From NCBI GenBank assembly GCA_977017645.1, contig OZ360240.1, positions 34,224,001 through 34,288,000 of the forward strand: a stretch of DNA of 64,000 bases, given 5' to 3'. This document shows positions 23,495-36,994 of the stretch, one piece after another. The notes beneath the pieces were generated by a model, which was given only the letters and a program-made list of their open reading frames with translations, was not told the DNA's origin and did not search any database. The translations under genes and the position numbers were made by a program. The stretch's first letter is position 1. Every line of letters starts with the position of its first letter. The DNA is from Torpedo marmorata (taxonomy: Eukaryota).

Positions 23495-24863
23495 TTAAAA
23501 AAAACAACTCTTCCAGATTCCTTGGCAATTGAACGTACACAAACACAACATGAAAATAAATTATTCAAATAACTTGGATACCTTAAAGTCCAATGTCAGG
23601 ATATTGAGATCTACTGCAATAGATTCAGCTTGTTAGTACTCCTGGGAAGCAATGCAAAAATCATCAAGTACACATCCCTGAATATATGTTCCTAAAATAC
23701 TTATATACCCACATATTGTGAAAAATGATCAAATTCCTATTTTTGTACCTTACAAATTAGTGATATAATTATCCTGGCCACAATTTATTCATTCTAGTCA
23801 GAATGAGTGTCTTTGAAAGTGCAGTCAGATAGATGGAGTACAATACATCAACCTTTCTTTAAAAAAAGCAATTAAGGACAAATAATAAATCAAAATATAA
23901 AACAAATTTAGTAAAGGCCAAGTGATACAGCTGAAATGTTTGCATAATTATGAAGAAGAGACAGATACATTAAAATGGCATTTTAGCCTTTCCATCGAAA
24001 GGACTCAGTGATACCATGGCTTTTTGCCCATCTAAATGTTTAATGACTAGCTCTGATGACACGAGGAGGCTGAAATTTGGCAAAGTGATAAATTTTGCTA
24101 AAATGAGAATGTTGTTACACTCCAGGCTGTACTGGGACAGCTGACACATTATGCAGCAACCAATCATGTCCCTGGATTTGAACTACCGTATCTGAGAAAC
24201 CAAGGATCCCTAACTGCTGCAACATATATTACCATGAGAAAGACAAGTTGCATATGAGCCATGGGTCCGTACTAGCTAGCGGAGACCTTCAAACTGAAAT
24301 AGCAAAATGTAAATAAACTGAGACACATCTGTTCACTGCACTGCAAATGCTAAAAATGTCCCAAAAATCTGCTGCTGATAAGCAGAGTTGAACAAATTTC
24401 TTGCATCCAGAAATGTGCAGACCTCATTATTGTTTGAGACCAGTGCAACTGATTTTAAATTAACTTATTGCTTTCTTTGCTACATTTTCTCTGCACAAAT
24501 TAATGATGTCCTGGTCACTGTTTGCTCAGTGGTTGAGTCTACCATTTATAACAGTATAATTAATCGTATGGACATGGATGTGAAAAAGACATGTTATGGA
24601 TATGGATATGATAGAACCCCAGGGGTTACTGTATCACCATTAATCTCATTGTACAAAACTGTTTTAACCTCAGTACTAATGTGCAGTAAATACAGAAATC
24701 CATGAAAGGAATCAGTGATCAAGACTATAAAGCTCCACTCTCACATTATTTTAGAAAATAAATTCTGTATGTTATTTTTATTTGTACAAATTCCATTCAC
24801 AAATCTCCTTTAAAAATAAATGGCTGTATTGGACTTTAAAGAAAATCAACCATATTTTATCTT

Positions 24864-24988
24864 AAGACCATAAGATATAGGAGCAGAAGTGGGCCATTTA
24901 GCCCATCGAGTTCTCTCTATCATTCCATCATGAGCTGATCCATTGTCCCACTACCCCCACTCCCCTGCCTTCTCCCCATAACCTTTGG
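24864..24988 (-). mobile_element. CR1 LINE 3' end
   Basis: ccataagatataggagcagaagtgggccatt.. is the reverse complement of the CR1 terminus seen at 61500-61561. Confidence 0.8.
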
Positions 24989-25214
24989 CTGCCAAGGGTC
25001 TAAGCTCTGGAGCTCCTTTCAAATGGCCCTGAACCATTCTCTCTCCTCCTTCAAGAGACATAACGTTTGACTAAATTCTTCATTAGCTTACCTCGTATCA
25101 CCCAAATGGCTCTGTGTCAAATGCTCCTGTGAAGTATTTTATTAAGCTTGACTGAGGAAGCATGGAGTTTTATTGAGGAAGGATGGCATATTAAAAGAAT
25201 TTGCTGCTGACAGT

Positions 25215-25300
25215 CTCAATACAAGGTCCCAACCCGAAACGTTGACTGTCCATTTCTCTCCATGGATGGTGCCTGACTTACTGAGTCCCTCCAGCTTCTC
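25215..25300 (+). mobile_element. Degenerate PLE terminal fragment
   Basis: ..cccgaaacgttgactgtccatttct..ctgacttactgagtccctccagc resembles the hammerhead-bearing terminus. Confidence 0.55.
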
Positions 25301-25416
25301 ATGGTTGATTCAGGACAGACAGCGGATGTAAAAAGGATAGAGGGAATAATATGCTGCTGGCCTACAGTGCTCATTGACTGGAGATATCCACTGGACGTCT
25401 CCAGGTAGTTTATATT

Positions 25417-25642
25417 TTAAAAAATTTTAAATTTTAGACAGGCCCTTTCGGACCCAATTACACTTAAATGACCTACATCCACGGTATGTTTTTGAACGGT
25501 GGGAGTAAACCAGAGCACCCGGAGGAAACCCACGCAGACACAGGGAGAATGTACAAACTCCTTACCGGCAGCGCTGGATTCGAACCCTGATCGCTGGCGC
25601 TGTAACAGCATTGCGCTAACCGCTACGCTAACTGTGCCACCC
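25417..25642 (-). mobile_element. V-SINE (HE1-like)
   Basis: Same family as 21832-22070, with small 3' deletions. Confidence 0.9.
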
Positions 25643-27332
25643 TTAGTAAGCAAATTGCAATTTTGCTTACTAACCTAGTAAGTTAGTAAGCAAATAAAAA
25701 ATAAAAAAATATATATATATACACATAATGTCAGTGGCATAATCATGGAAAGTAATAGAGAGATACAGCTCAGAAGCAGGACCTCCATACCAACCATCAA
25801 GGACCTACAGTATATACACTGAACCTACATTAATCCCATGTCTTATTCTTCCCACATTCCCAACAACTCCCCCCCCCCCAATTCTACCACTCACCTATAT
25901 AAAGGGGCCAATCTACAGTGGCGATCATGCCAATCATAATACCTGAGCATCAACAATTCTGTCACAATAAACACAACAAATATATCTGCAGAGTCTTTCC
26001 AGCAGGATGGATTATATATTGTGGTTTATGCTCTCTGTTTGAGCCCTCTACCCGATTCTACAGGGTCAACATCCCTAAGGTATATTGGCCCAATCCGAGT
26101 TCCTGTTGAAAAACTCCATTTGACTTCTTGGAAACTTATTAAGCTTCACTTCACATTGATGTATTTAATTTGAAGCCTGTGTGAACTCAAAGTTTATCTT
26201 ACACCAGCTTCATTTAATTTAGATAGCATTAAACTTTGACAAAAACCATGTGGGTTCACAGGCCTATAAATAAATATCAGTCAGAAAGCACTTGCTTGAA
26301 TTATGGAAGCTGCAAATCGACATCTTCACTCCCGAGATAATTTAAACAAACACACACAGCTCCCTATGGACCCTCATCTCCAACTTGACCCTAAATTGAC
26401 TCCCCAATGCTAATTGATTGATTAATAATTTGCAAGTGCAATTTAGACAAATGTTATGCTCCAAAGGGAGAATACAATGATTCTAAAACAAAGTAATTGA
26501 TTGACTTTGACTTTTTTTCTCTGTTACATCATTTACAAAGCATATGAGTTACCTCAGAGTGACATGTCTCTCCTGAACTCAAGACATGCAACAGGTGATT
26601 AGTGGCTCAAAGCCATTAATTAGTCACGTGTGGCCACTGTGTATTCATAAACAAACTCAATCAGACGCTGTGGTTTTATCTACAAAAGAAAAGATAACAA
26701 GCCACCCTTCTAAAATGATAATTTTAATGATATGGAATGAAAAGTAGCCATGTGTCACTGTATTGTAGTTTAAATGTTCAACAACGTTGTCTACACTCTT
26801 GCTTGTAAAATTGGTGGTTGATAACTGTGCAACCCCACTAAATACACTCTTAAGCCTTAAATTTTGTGTAATATTACATCTGTTTTATTTCACAATAAAA
26901 TAATCTTCAAATATAGCACAACAGTTTCAAACTTATAAAAGAGACACCACAGGTTATGACATGATACAATCCAGCCATAAGCGGTGAGGAAGCTAATTTG
27001 TCCCTCTCTTGCTCCGTTGGGCACATTTACATCACGTAATACAAAATGTGATTAAGTGATAGCACATTCATTCTTATCCTTACATCTGAATTGTGCTTTT
27101 TATCGTGTCCAATGTGTAAGGGAGAAAATATTTTATGTAGACCTCCCTTTGACTTATTGAGTGATGGTCAACTACCCATTGGAATGAAATGGATGAAGAA
27201 GGAACTCCCAAATTACAATGTAAAATGTCTCGATGTAGCAGAATAAAATAAATTCAGATTGCTCAATGCCCTTCATATGGGATTAATGTTTGTCTGATAG
27301 TTTGAAAAGGATATGAATTTGAGTCACCCATA

Positions 27333-27607
27333 AGATTTAGATTTTAAATTTAGATTTAGATTTAGACATATAGCACGGTAAGAGGCCCTTTCGACCCACG
27401 AGCCCATGCCGCCCAATTACATACAATCGACCTACAACCCCGCTAAGTTTTGAATGGTGGGAGGAAACCGGAGAATGCGGAGGAAACCCATGCAGACACG
27501 GGGAGAACGTTCAAACTCCTTACTAGACAACGTGAGATTTGAACCCCGATCGCGGTCGCTGGTGCTATAACAGCATTGCACTAACCGCTACACTGACCGA
27601 GCAACCC
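27333..27607 (-). mobile_element. V-SINE (HE1-like) with (TCTAAA)n tail
   Basis: Full head, V-domain and tail; gatttagatttagatttagacat tandem tail. Confidence 0.9.
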
Positions 27608-29449
27608 TAACTTCATTATCAAGTTCAAGAAAGATTACAGAAACAATTCACACTTTATCAAAGTGAATGATGATTAATAAATACGCTTTTAATTGTGATC
27701 TTAACTATTTAAAATGCATGTTGTTCATGGCAATGAATTAAATAGTGGAACAAAAAATGTTCATTTTCCACAAACCACTGCAACACAGTTCACTATCTCA
27801 TTAGGATCAGATATAAAACCTTTAAGCAGTATGCTGTGTGGAGGAGGTTGAATTTATTGTCACCAGATTTGGAACTATTCAGACACTAACCGAATCATTG
27901 TGCTCAAGAGAAAAATAAAAATAAACGAGTTAATAACAATATGAAAAAGGAATTGAGGTAAATCAGTGGTATTACATTCTGCGGTGCATCACAATCACAA
28001 CACTTTCACAGAAACGTCTATTGGGGGAAAATGTACCCAGAGAGTTCAAGTGAAATCAGCGATTTATTCAATTTTCACTCACATAATTAAGGTGAAGGTT
28101 CTTTTCTGGTTTATTACTTGAATACCTTAAATTTTAATTTCTCCTATGTCAGACGTTTGGGTTTGGCAAGTTGTACTGCTGAGCAAGGTGAAACACATGA
28201 ATATCTCCAAGGTTTGCTTAATAAAATGCAATAGAATTTCTTTTTTAGCAAGGATTGGTATTTTGTCTCTTACATTACCTTTGAAAGAAAATGAAAGAGA
28301 TTCTTTGGCAACAAAATACCATTGTTCTGTCAAATCGGCACCATCCAATGTTTATGATTATCCTAACATGGATTTCCCCCTTTAAATGTAAAATCATTAA
28401 AAAAAACAGCCTGCATAAATTGTGTATATTTTGCTTAAATTCAGTGTGCAACATTTCATTTTCAATGGGGTATGGATGTTAAGAAGAATGAATAAATGTT
28501 TAAAGCAAGAAGATGAAGAGGCCATGTTGAGGAGGTAATGCAATGAGATTAATTCTGGGGAAAGAACTGACACAAATATAACAGGCTGAATGGCTTTTAT
28601 TCTCTGCTGTAAATCTCCTATTTCTAGAAACACCATATTGTCAATTGCTTGCATTTAGACCAATAGGTTGTTTAGAGCTGTCCAACTTGTCCTTCCTTCC
28701 ACTAAAAGTTATATGATTGCTTAAATTCTTAGCAAGCTGAATCCTAATTTCAGCACATTTCTACCACTTTCAGAGGGAAGAATATTTTCATGGAAAGGCA
28801 GTTAAACTCAGATTATGATACTAAGTAGTTGAGTTTGTCTTATTCCATGCTCGTGCTGAGGACCTGCATCCAAATTCAAGGATTCAAACTCCAGAATGAA
28901 TTCAGTGGAACTGCTTCATTTCATCACGGGGAACTACTGCAAGAATATTAAATAAATGGTACATGTTTTAACTAGTGCTCATTTCAGTCCAGTTTCCCCT
29001 TTTTATCCCCCACACAGAATCAAAAGTAATAATTGAACTGAATATGAAAGCATCTGCATGTACTGTACATTAATACCGGTAGTTTCCTCAGGTGCACAAT
29101 CTTTTGTAAAAATAATATACTGCTCTGCCATTTTTGTTTTACCAAAATCTAGAACATGACACGGTATGCCGATTATTGGAGAGTGAGGGATTGTTCAAAG
29201 ATTTATTTCAGTGTCCTATTATGATTAAACAAAAAGACGATGAAACTCCTCTATTGCATTTTTATATTCTCCACCAATTTTGAAAGACAAAGAGCCAGGC
29301 AAGGGATTTATCTGAAAAAGTATTTGTTGATGTGCAACATGGGTGATAATATTGAGAAAAAGTCTCAGATTCTGCAGTGGAGACAGAAATGGTAGGAAAT
29401 GCCTACCTCATAAGACTCTGAAAATAATCACAAAAGAAAAAAAAAATAC

Positions 29450-29600
29450 ATGGTATCTTTCATGTCTTTTTCAGGATGTCTCAATATGTTTTACTGCCAA
29501 TGAAGTATTTCTTGAAGTGGAGCCCCTGTTGCAAAGTAGGAAACATAGTGATCAATGTGTGCATAGCAAGCTTCCAAAAATAACTGTGATAATGAAGATA
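29450..29600 (-). mobile_element. Ancient Deu-domain SINE fragment
   Basis: caggatgtctcaa..gccaatgaagtatttcttgaagtg..gtaggaaac..gcatagcaagcttcc, homologous to 5250-5390. Confidence 0.6.
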
Positions 29601-29857
29601 TTATATTTTGTATTCTTTCATCTAACAATATTTTTTAATAAAGATCACACAAACAGAGACATACTCACATACAGCAGTGTTTGTAAGTACAGTGCTTTAA
29701 ACATGCTAAATTCAACCACCCTCTCCAAATATACTGGCAATTATTTCAGTGAGTTGTGAGACGCAAGAGTTTATTTTTCCTTGAATCTACACCCATTGTC
29801 CTCCACAGGAATTTTGTGATTAAAGGATTTCCAAATAAAATAAATAAAGAAACAGCA

Positions 29858-31120
29858 ATTGCTTTTTTCTGAGAAGACTGAAGCAGGCAAGGCTACCGGC
29901 CACCATCATGTACAGGAGCTCTATCGAGAGCGTCCTGGCCGGCTGCATCACAGTGTGGTACGGTTGCTGCAGAGAAATGGATCGGAGGTCAATCCACAGT
30001 ACCTTAAGAGTGGCAGAGAGGATCACTGGAGTCTCCCTCCCCACCATCGAGGTGATCTACCGGGATCGTTGCCTGAAGAGGGCTCGCAAAATCGTTGAGG
30101 ACCCCTTCCACCCCGCACACAGCATCTTTCAGCTGCTCCCGTTGGGAAAGAGATACAAGAGTATCAGAGCCAGCACCACTATGCTGAGAAACAGCTTCTT
30201 CCCATGGACAGTGAGAATGCTGAATGACCAAAGGAAATGCTCACACTAATCATCCGAGACTTTCATATTTACAAAACTATATTTATTTATTTTTTCTGAG
30301 TACTTGTCCTGCATATGTATTGTTTGTTTGTGTGTATGTGAGTCTGTGTGTTTTGCAACGAGGACCGGAGAACGCTATTTTGTTGGGTTGTACTTGTGCA
30401 ATCAGATTCAAGATTCAATTTATTGTCATAGTAATAAAACAGTGTCATATTCCATGAAATTTCTTTTTGCCTGCTGCAAGGCAGACAGATTCGCCACCGG
30501 CAGAAATTGCCTAAGCGCCTCTTACATTCCTTACAGTCAGAGAAAGAGAAGCAAAAGAGAGTCCCCCCAGAGTCACCGAGTGTCCATAGATTCACCTCCA
30601 GCGCTTGTGCAGCCTCCGCAGCCACACAGAGTCCAGTCCAAACCATTGGCAACCCGAGCTCCAGATCCGAACCTCCAACATGGTCAGGGCGCCCTCGGCA
30701 CCCCCTCGCATCCCAGTTCCGATACCTGGTACTCCTCCAGCCAGTTCGCAGCCCGGCGTGAGTCCCCCGACAGCAGTCTCCAGCAGCCCACAGCCTCCGC
30801 GGGTTCCTCACCTCGAGTCGCCAGCAGCCCGCCGCATGAACTGGTCCTTCAGCCTCAGAGCCCCTCACTGGTCCGTCGCCGTGGTCACCGTCCCGTGGGT
30901 CGTCTCCTCCGCTTCTCCTTCTCAGACGGGTGGGGGGGGGTGATCTTCCTGTCCTCTGGTGCCCTGTGCCAGTCCTCCGCTTCCCCGGAGTCTGCAGCCC
31001 CTCGTGGCTGCTGCCGGTTAAAAGGCACTGCCACCTTGGGCGCAGACCCCGCGGTCGTGGGATCTCAAAGCCCATGCGGAGCCGACGGCAGTCGACTGGA
31101 TGACGATAAACTTGACTTGA
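29858..31120 (+). mobile_element. Rex/Babar LINE 3' fragment (29858-30407, tail resumes at 31099-31120)
   Basis: FLRRLK..YRSSIESVLAGCITVWYG..HPAHSIFQLLP.GKRY..RNSFFP; terminal gatgacgataaacttgacttga is displaced by Repeat A. Confidence 0.9.
30404..31100 (-). mobile_element. Repeat A copy 3, inserted antisense into the Rex 3' terminus
   Basis: Tail agattcaagattcaatttattgtc at 30404; homology to copy 4 ends at gtcgactgga (31100). Confidence 0.9.
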
Positions 31121-31737
31121 TACCGTACAAATTCAAGTATTCTGAATAAATTATTTTGTGCATAAAATTCATGGGGAAACACTTAGGTACTTTTCATCAG
31201 ACTCTGCTCTGGTCAATAACGGCTTGCATATGCAAACAATATTGCATTTTAAATTCCTGTCTTGTTTCAAATTTTCTCCTCTTCTGAATTTCAAGCATTA
31301 GCAAGTGAACATTTTGTTGATGGCAACACACTGTTTTGACCCCAAGGTTGTTTTGAGCCTGAATGCCACATTGGGCCAGACATCAATGACCATCTCTAGA
31401 CAGTAGACCAATCATATCGGCCATGGATCTAAAACTGTGACGTTTACCTTTCAGGAAACAACTCCTCTTCCAGATCTCTACATTTGAGGTGCTCACATTC
31501 CATTTTAATGCCTACATTGGTTGATTAGTAACCAGCTGCAACACCCATTTGCTTGAAAACTATTCAGTTTATCGATCCCAAGCTAAATTCTCACTCAGCT
31601 GCTGCAATATTCATAATGAAGTTGATTATGATTTGCCCCTTTAAAACAGCTGGCTGCTAATTGGAGTCAAGCACAGTATAACAAAGCAGGGTACTAAATT
31701 CTTTGCAAAATTGCTGAGCTCACACACTGCCCTTCCA

Positions 31738-31965
31738 AAAGTAAATCACGAAAATCTGTAGACACCGTGGTTGAAGTAAAAACACCTATCATCTCCTGCC
31801 TTAGCGACCCCATTCCCCCCCCCCACTCTTTTGTTCGGACGCCTGCCGGCATTTTCTCATACTTTGACGAACGGCTCAAGCCCGAAACGTCAGTTATATA
31901 TTTCTACCTTTGCTACATAAAGGACACTGTTTGACCTGCTGAGCTTCTCCAGCATTTGTGTTTTT
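31738..31965 (+). mobile_element. PLE short element with inverted terminal segment at its 5' side
   Basis: 31739-31786 is the reverse complement of the terminus seen at 49904-49951; hammerhead motif at about 31860-31895; imperfect ~14-bp TSD acactgcccttcca / acactgctctttca. Confidence 0.85.
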
Positions 31966-34900
31966 ACACTGCTCTTTCATATTATTTGGTGGAGCAGAAG
32001 GAGGAATCCAACAAAAAACGGTGGCATTTAATCCAGTGAAAGCATGTGCATCCATATGACAGCCAGGCAGTTTCTGGTGAGCTAGTAGAGGAGCAGTGGA
32101 GTGTGTAATGGCTTAGCTGTTCATAAACGTCATAATACAGTATCAAGGTGTATCTTAGGCCATACATTATAAATGAGAAGTGAATTACTTTCTCCATTAC
32201 TAATGGATGACGAGGGGATTGGCAGCTTGGTGCTGGGCTCTGCCAGCAGGGTTCTCACTGAATGATAGCCTCACTAACTCACCTTAGAAATCGCTCCGCA
32301 TGACAGACACCGCACATTCAGCACTAGCTGACTTATTTCTTCCTTAAATTATTGGATTTTAAAAAGGCAACGACTGCCTAAGGTGAGGAATTCAACTTTC
32401 TGCTTCCCAGAAGTAGACATTAAATTTAGGTTGGAATTTAAGTGAAATGCAGAGTACACTTTTTAATGTTTCAGAAAATACGTATGGTTACATTTTAAAA
32501 CACAACAAAGTACAATTTAGGCATAATAGCTGGAATTATAAAACTAGAATTCTGCCTGTGAAAACATAGCAATCAATTGTTCATTGATTACATAATCTCC
32601 AGTCAACTTACAATTTGCTGACCATTTACACTTACAAGGTAACTATACTAATTGGCATCACAGACCAAACACTTCAGGGTTTTAAAACTAAATGAATCCA
32701 ATTGCATTTAATTTCATTGCTAAAAAATGTTATAAATCAAATGTCAATTTATAAAGGAATTTTATTTATCACGAAGCACCAGACTCCATTCTAATTTCTC
32801 ATGATAAAGTTCAGTAGAAGCAACTGCCAGTTTTGTACTGTGGCAAAGCCACATTTGGAGATCAGACCTGAGCTGAAATTGGCTGAAATTTGACCTGTGA
32901 AATGCAGTATATCTCAGCAGGCTTACTCATGATGAATCAGTGCCAGTGTAACCGTGACCACCTCAGACATCGATTTCAAACTGGCGGTGATTCAGATGTG
33001 CATCAATTTAATCTGACCGTGAATTAGCATTCTACCTTGAAATGTTGGCATTTAGTTTATTCATTCTCTTTTCCATTGTGGCCACCATTTGGTCTTCAAT
33101 AAATTTTTTAAAAATAGATGGATCAGGAAGCCCACACCAGCAGAAGCAAGGAGAGAAGTTTCTATTCATGCAGGATCAGGGGCTGAAATTCATCTCTCCC
33201 AAAATTCATTGTCACAGTAGATTAGCAAAGTAAGCAGAATGCCAGCAATTTAAGTGCACAACTGCAAATTACTTATAAAACCTACACTTTCTTCATCCAA
33301 ACTAAATGAAAGCATTTAAAATACTTTTTAAAGTGCTTCTGCTCAGGTCCCCACTCAATTGTAAGTGCATTTACACAATATTAATGAAATTTTAGGCTGA
33401 TTAAGCAGTGGCAGATTTGTACCGGCGAAGAACATTTGCCTTTATTCATGCACTACAGCCAAATAATTAGCACTTAGAATAAGGTACAACTTGTTCTCCA
33501 TGACCTCAAATGAGTGCATTGCCTTCTAGTCATAGAAAAGCAAATTTAACGGGTACAATATAATATCTCGAGTTTCAACACCAGCTATCCAGGTGCACCA
33601 AAATTATGAGCCAGCAGTGTGCTCAGGTGCTGGGTTAAGCCCAACATTTTTTTGACTCAGATCCCTGATTAGCTTTGATGGGGGAAAGTTTCAGACGCTT
33701 CATCTTGACTGGAGTTGGATTTGACCATGAAAACGAAAGGTTCATGAAAATTAAAAGAAAATGAACAATTCAATACTTGTATCTTGGGTGCGCATCAGCT
33801 ATTTGCTTACAACCCTCAAAAAAAAGTGGTCTCAGATGTCCTTTATTTATTGAATTCCAGAAAATTTAAACTTGGTTTCAATGAAACATAGGGAAACTCC
33901 GTGAGGTGGTGAAGTGGTTAAAATTTGGTCATGATATCAGTAAGAGATCCATAAAATGCAAGCTAGTAAATGGAGTCTGGTATTTACCCCAAGTATTTAG
34001 GCCTTCAAACCCCATTTCTCAATAACAGGAATGGCAAAGCGAAGCGATTCCTCAGAAAGGGTCCTTTATAATCTTTACCTTTGAATAATTACCTCCTGAC
34101 TAGTCTTTTCAGTAGGTCTATCTCTTCTCATCGCCAGTACAGTGGTGATAGTGTTTTATTGATAGTGTTATTACAAAATACTAACTTTACCTGATCACTT
34201 CAAAGTCTATGCATCAGAAATAAATTGGTGAAATCAATATGAAATTTTCAATTCTATTCAGCTTTAGTGGAGATGCTGACTTCCTCTATGTGCTCTGGGA
34301 CTTACTAAACAATGATAAAGGGGACACATTAAATGGAAACACAAGTTCGTACAAAAAAATCCATGAAACTGTAATTTGTTCAATGAAGATTACTTTCATA
34401 AGTAGACTGAGGTTAACAGACTTGCAATTTACATAATTGTTTGAATTGTCAGCTGAAGAAGAAGAGGTGGGATTGGACAAATAAGCATCTCCCCACCATT
34501 GGAAAAAAAGACTGAAAAATGACATCAATCTGTGATAAAGAGGGTTATAGTTATGGGAAAAATGAATTGGAGAACAAATAATGCAGAAGTAACACTGAAA
34601 TGTGCAGAAAACACAGCATGCTGAAAGCACAAGTGCTATTTTGAGATTCTAAAGAGACCTCTTCCTTGAGATGGGAGAGATAAGGTCAGTGAACCAGCTG
34701 GGGTTTGGAGGTGCAGTTTGATTAAATTCAAATTGCTTAAAACCTATTGACCCAAAAACTAGATTACAACCAAATCTCAATTACGTGCAGGTCGGTGGAT
34801 GGTCCGGGAAGCTGCCGCACAACTTTGGTGACCATTTTATTAACACTTGGGGCTGGGACCTTAAGTTCAAGCTCGAATTGCATCTTGATATTGAATTTAG

Positions 34901-35125
34901 GTTCTTGAAATTCTAAACAAAATTGTAAGTTTAGCTACCTTCACTTTTATTTTCTTGACCAATCTCCTCATGCAAAGTAAAATCTCCATCCTCTCAATGA
35001 GCTGTGTGAGTTCTTGAGTCCAGTGTGCAGTGAAAAAGTTGAACTCACCAATTGGGCTGGAGATCCTTTCAATGCGGACACTAGAATTGATCACTATACA
35101 AGGTATTTTGTAAACTGAATAAATA

Positions 35126-35898
35126 CAGTAAAACCACTGGTATCTGGAATTCAAGCAACCAGGAGCCTCAAGCAACTGTCCAAAAAATTGAGAAAAATAA
35201 ATTTTAAAAATTAAAATAAATAAGAATAAAATAATAGGTAAAATATGTAAGTTTAAAATTGTAAATGTAAATGTTCTCTGAGGTAACATATAAGCCTTTG
35301 GTGAAGATGGGAGCAAATATTCAGCCAGCAGAGTGCCTTGGTCGTGCTTTGCTCGTAGCAGCTGTTTAAATAAAATTTGAATAAAGTTGTGTTTGAATAA
35401 AATGGCATCGCCTTGAATGAAGAGCTGGTTGATGCCGCTCGCCGTTGGGGGTGACTCTCTTAAAGTGTCTTCTTATCCCTGCTTAGTAAGAGTCTACCCG
35501 GTCAGAGGCTTTATCTGTAAACTTTGGGGAGGGGGGGGATAATTATTCTACAATGTTATTGTTCATCTTTCGGGCAGCTCCGTGGAGGGGGAGGAACCTG
35601 CAGATGCAGCGACGGTTAAATATTTTCAAAGAATGTGACTGAAAATAAAGTAAAATGCTTTAAGGTTTATATATTCATGCAAGTGAAGTTTGTTCAGTGT
35701 AAGTATAGTGTAGTATATTTGTCTTTTGTCTTTTAAACTGTTTATTCTTAATGCAGGTGTATTTTATTAAAATAAAATATTTAAAAAAAATATTAAAAAA
35801 TGCAGGTGTATTTTAAGAGCAAATCTCAAGCAACCAGAAAATTCACTTATCCGGCATCTACCAATCCACATAGGCACCGGATACCAGGGGTTTTACTG
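35126..35898. mobile_element. 773-bp Tigger/pogo-like non-autonomous DNA transposon
   Basis: TIR CAGTAAAACC(A/C)CTGGTATC(T/C)GG, TA flanks, subterminal CAAGCAACC repeats. Confidence 0.9.
35767..35798 (+). mobile_element. 32-bp L1 3'-terminus/poly(A) micro-insertion
   Basis: 17-bp direct repeat AATGCAGGTGTATTTTA (35750-35766, 35799-35815) flanks ttaaaataaaatatttaaaaaaaa; TT|AA site. Confidence 0.7.
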
Positions 35899-36994
35899 TA
35901 ATCAACAATCTGTGCAAGGGTGTCTGCTTGACATTTGTTTGGGGCTCAGTGATGGAACATTTTCTATCGCTAGAAACAGTAACATCAAGAACTTTATTCA
36001 TTTGAGACAACGGAATATCCCTTTTGGCACTGGACAACAGTGGTATTCAAGTGTTTATTTCCAGCTCCAGGACAAAAATCTGCCAATGGCAGAAAGACAA
36101 GGAAGAACAGCTGTAAAATAGTGGTCAGACGGGAGAAGCAATAAACAGTCACAATTCTCTTGAAATACTTTTCAAATGGAGAATTTGAATCCTACAACTG
36201 CATGGATAGAATGACCTATGACTGCTAATGCATGTTATCTCACTGGTAGAATAATGAGCATTAAATTTTGGACATGAATTGCTAATTTGCCTTCTGTCTA
36301 TGAAGCTGCTTTCCAAATTGATGTGACTCTGAAATGGTCGTACAAACTCATGTTGGATGATGAAAGCCCCAATCAATGCAAAGTTTCACACTCTCTTATG
36401 AATCTCCCACTATGACCAATGGTTTTTATAAGCCTTTTAATAAGACATTTCCATCAAAGTGAGGAAAAAATCTTCCTAAAACAGATCTCTGTCATGGAGG
36501 TGATTTGTCAGTCTCCCTGATTGTAGAGACTCATAAAACATACATCTGAAATAAAAGAAAGCAGCCACGAACACTGCTGCATTACATATCTGACATTTAA
36601 TTCAGCTCCAAGCATTCGGTCAAGACGCATTCTCCGTTCACAATGAGCATCAGATGCTCATTTTTTCAAGGTCCATTACTATTTCATTCATAGCAGCAAT
36701 GTGTACTGACATAGTACCTTGAATGTAATAAAATACCTGAAACAAAAGTTGACACAGTTGAAACAAAAGGAGATAGATTCTATTCCAAATGACATCACGG
36801 TGGCTTAACAATGCATTTTCAGAAATGTCTGTAGATTCAGATCAAAAACTTCAGAGCACAGGGCTATGGCACCCAAATAGTTCATGACTAATGATTCAGT
36901 AATTAGAAGCAGGGTTCCTGATGAAGGCAGATACAGCTCAAATTTGAAAGCTATAAAGGGAAAGCACAGATAAAGGGAGGAATATGGTTAGTAT

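Noticed and set aside
30287-31149. Long overlapping ORFs (262 and 281 aa), and similar ORFs at 1.4-2.4 kb and 60.4-61.3 kb
   Set aside because: They lie in GC-rich Repeat A, are open on both strands, are not frame-conserved between copies and have no recognisable domain.
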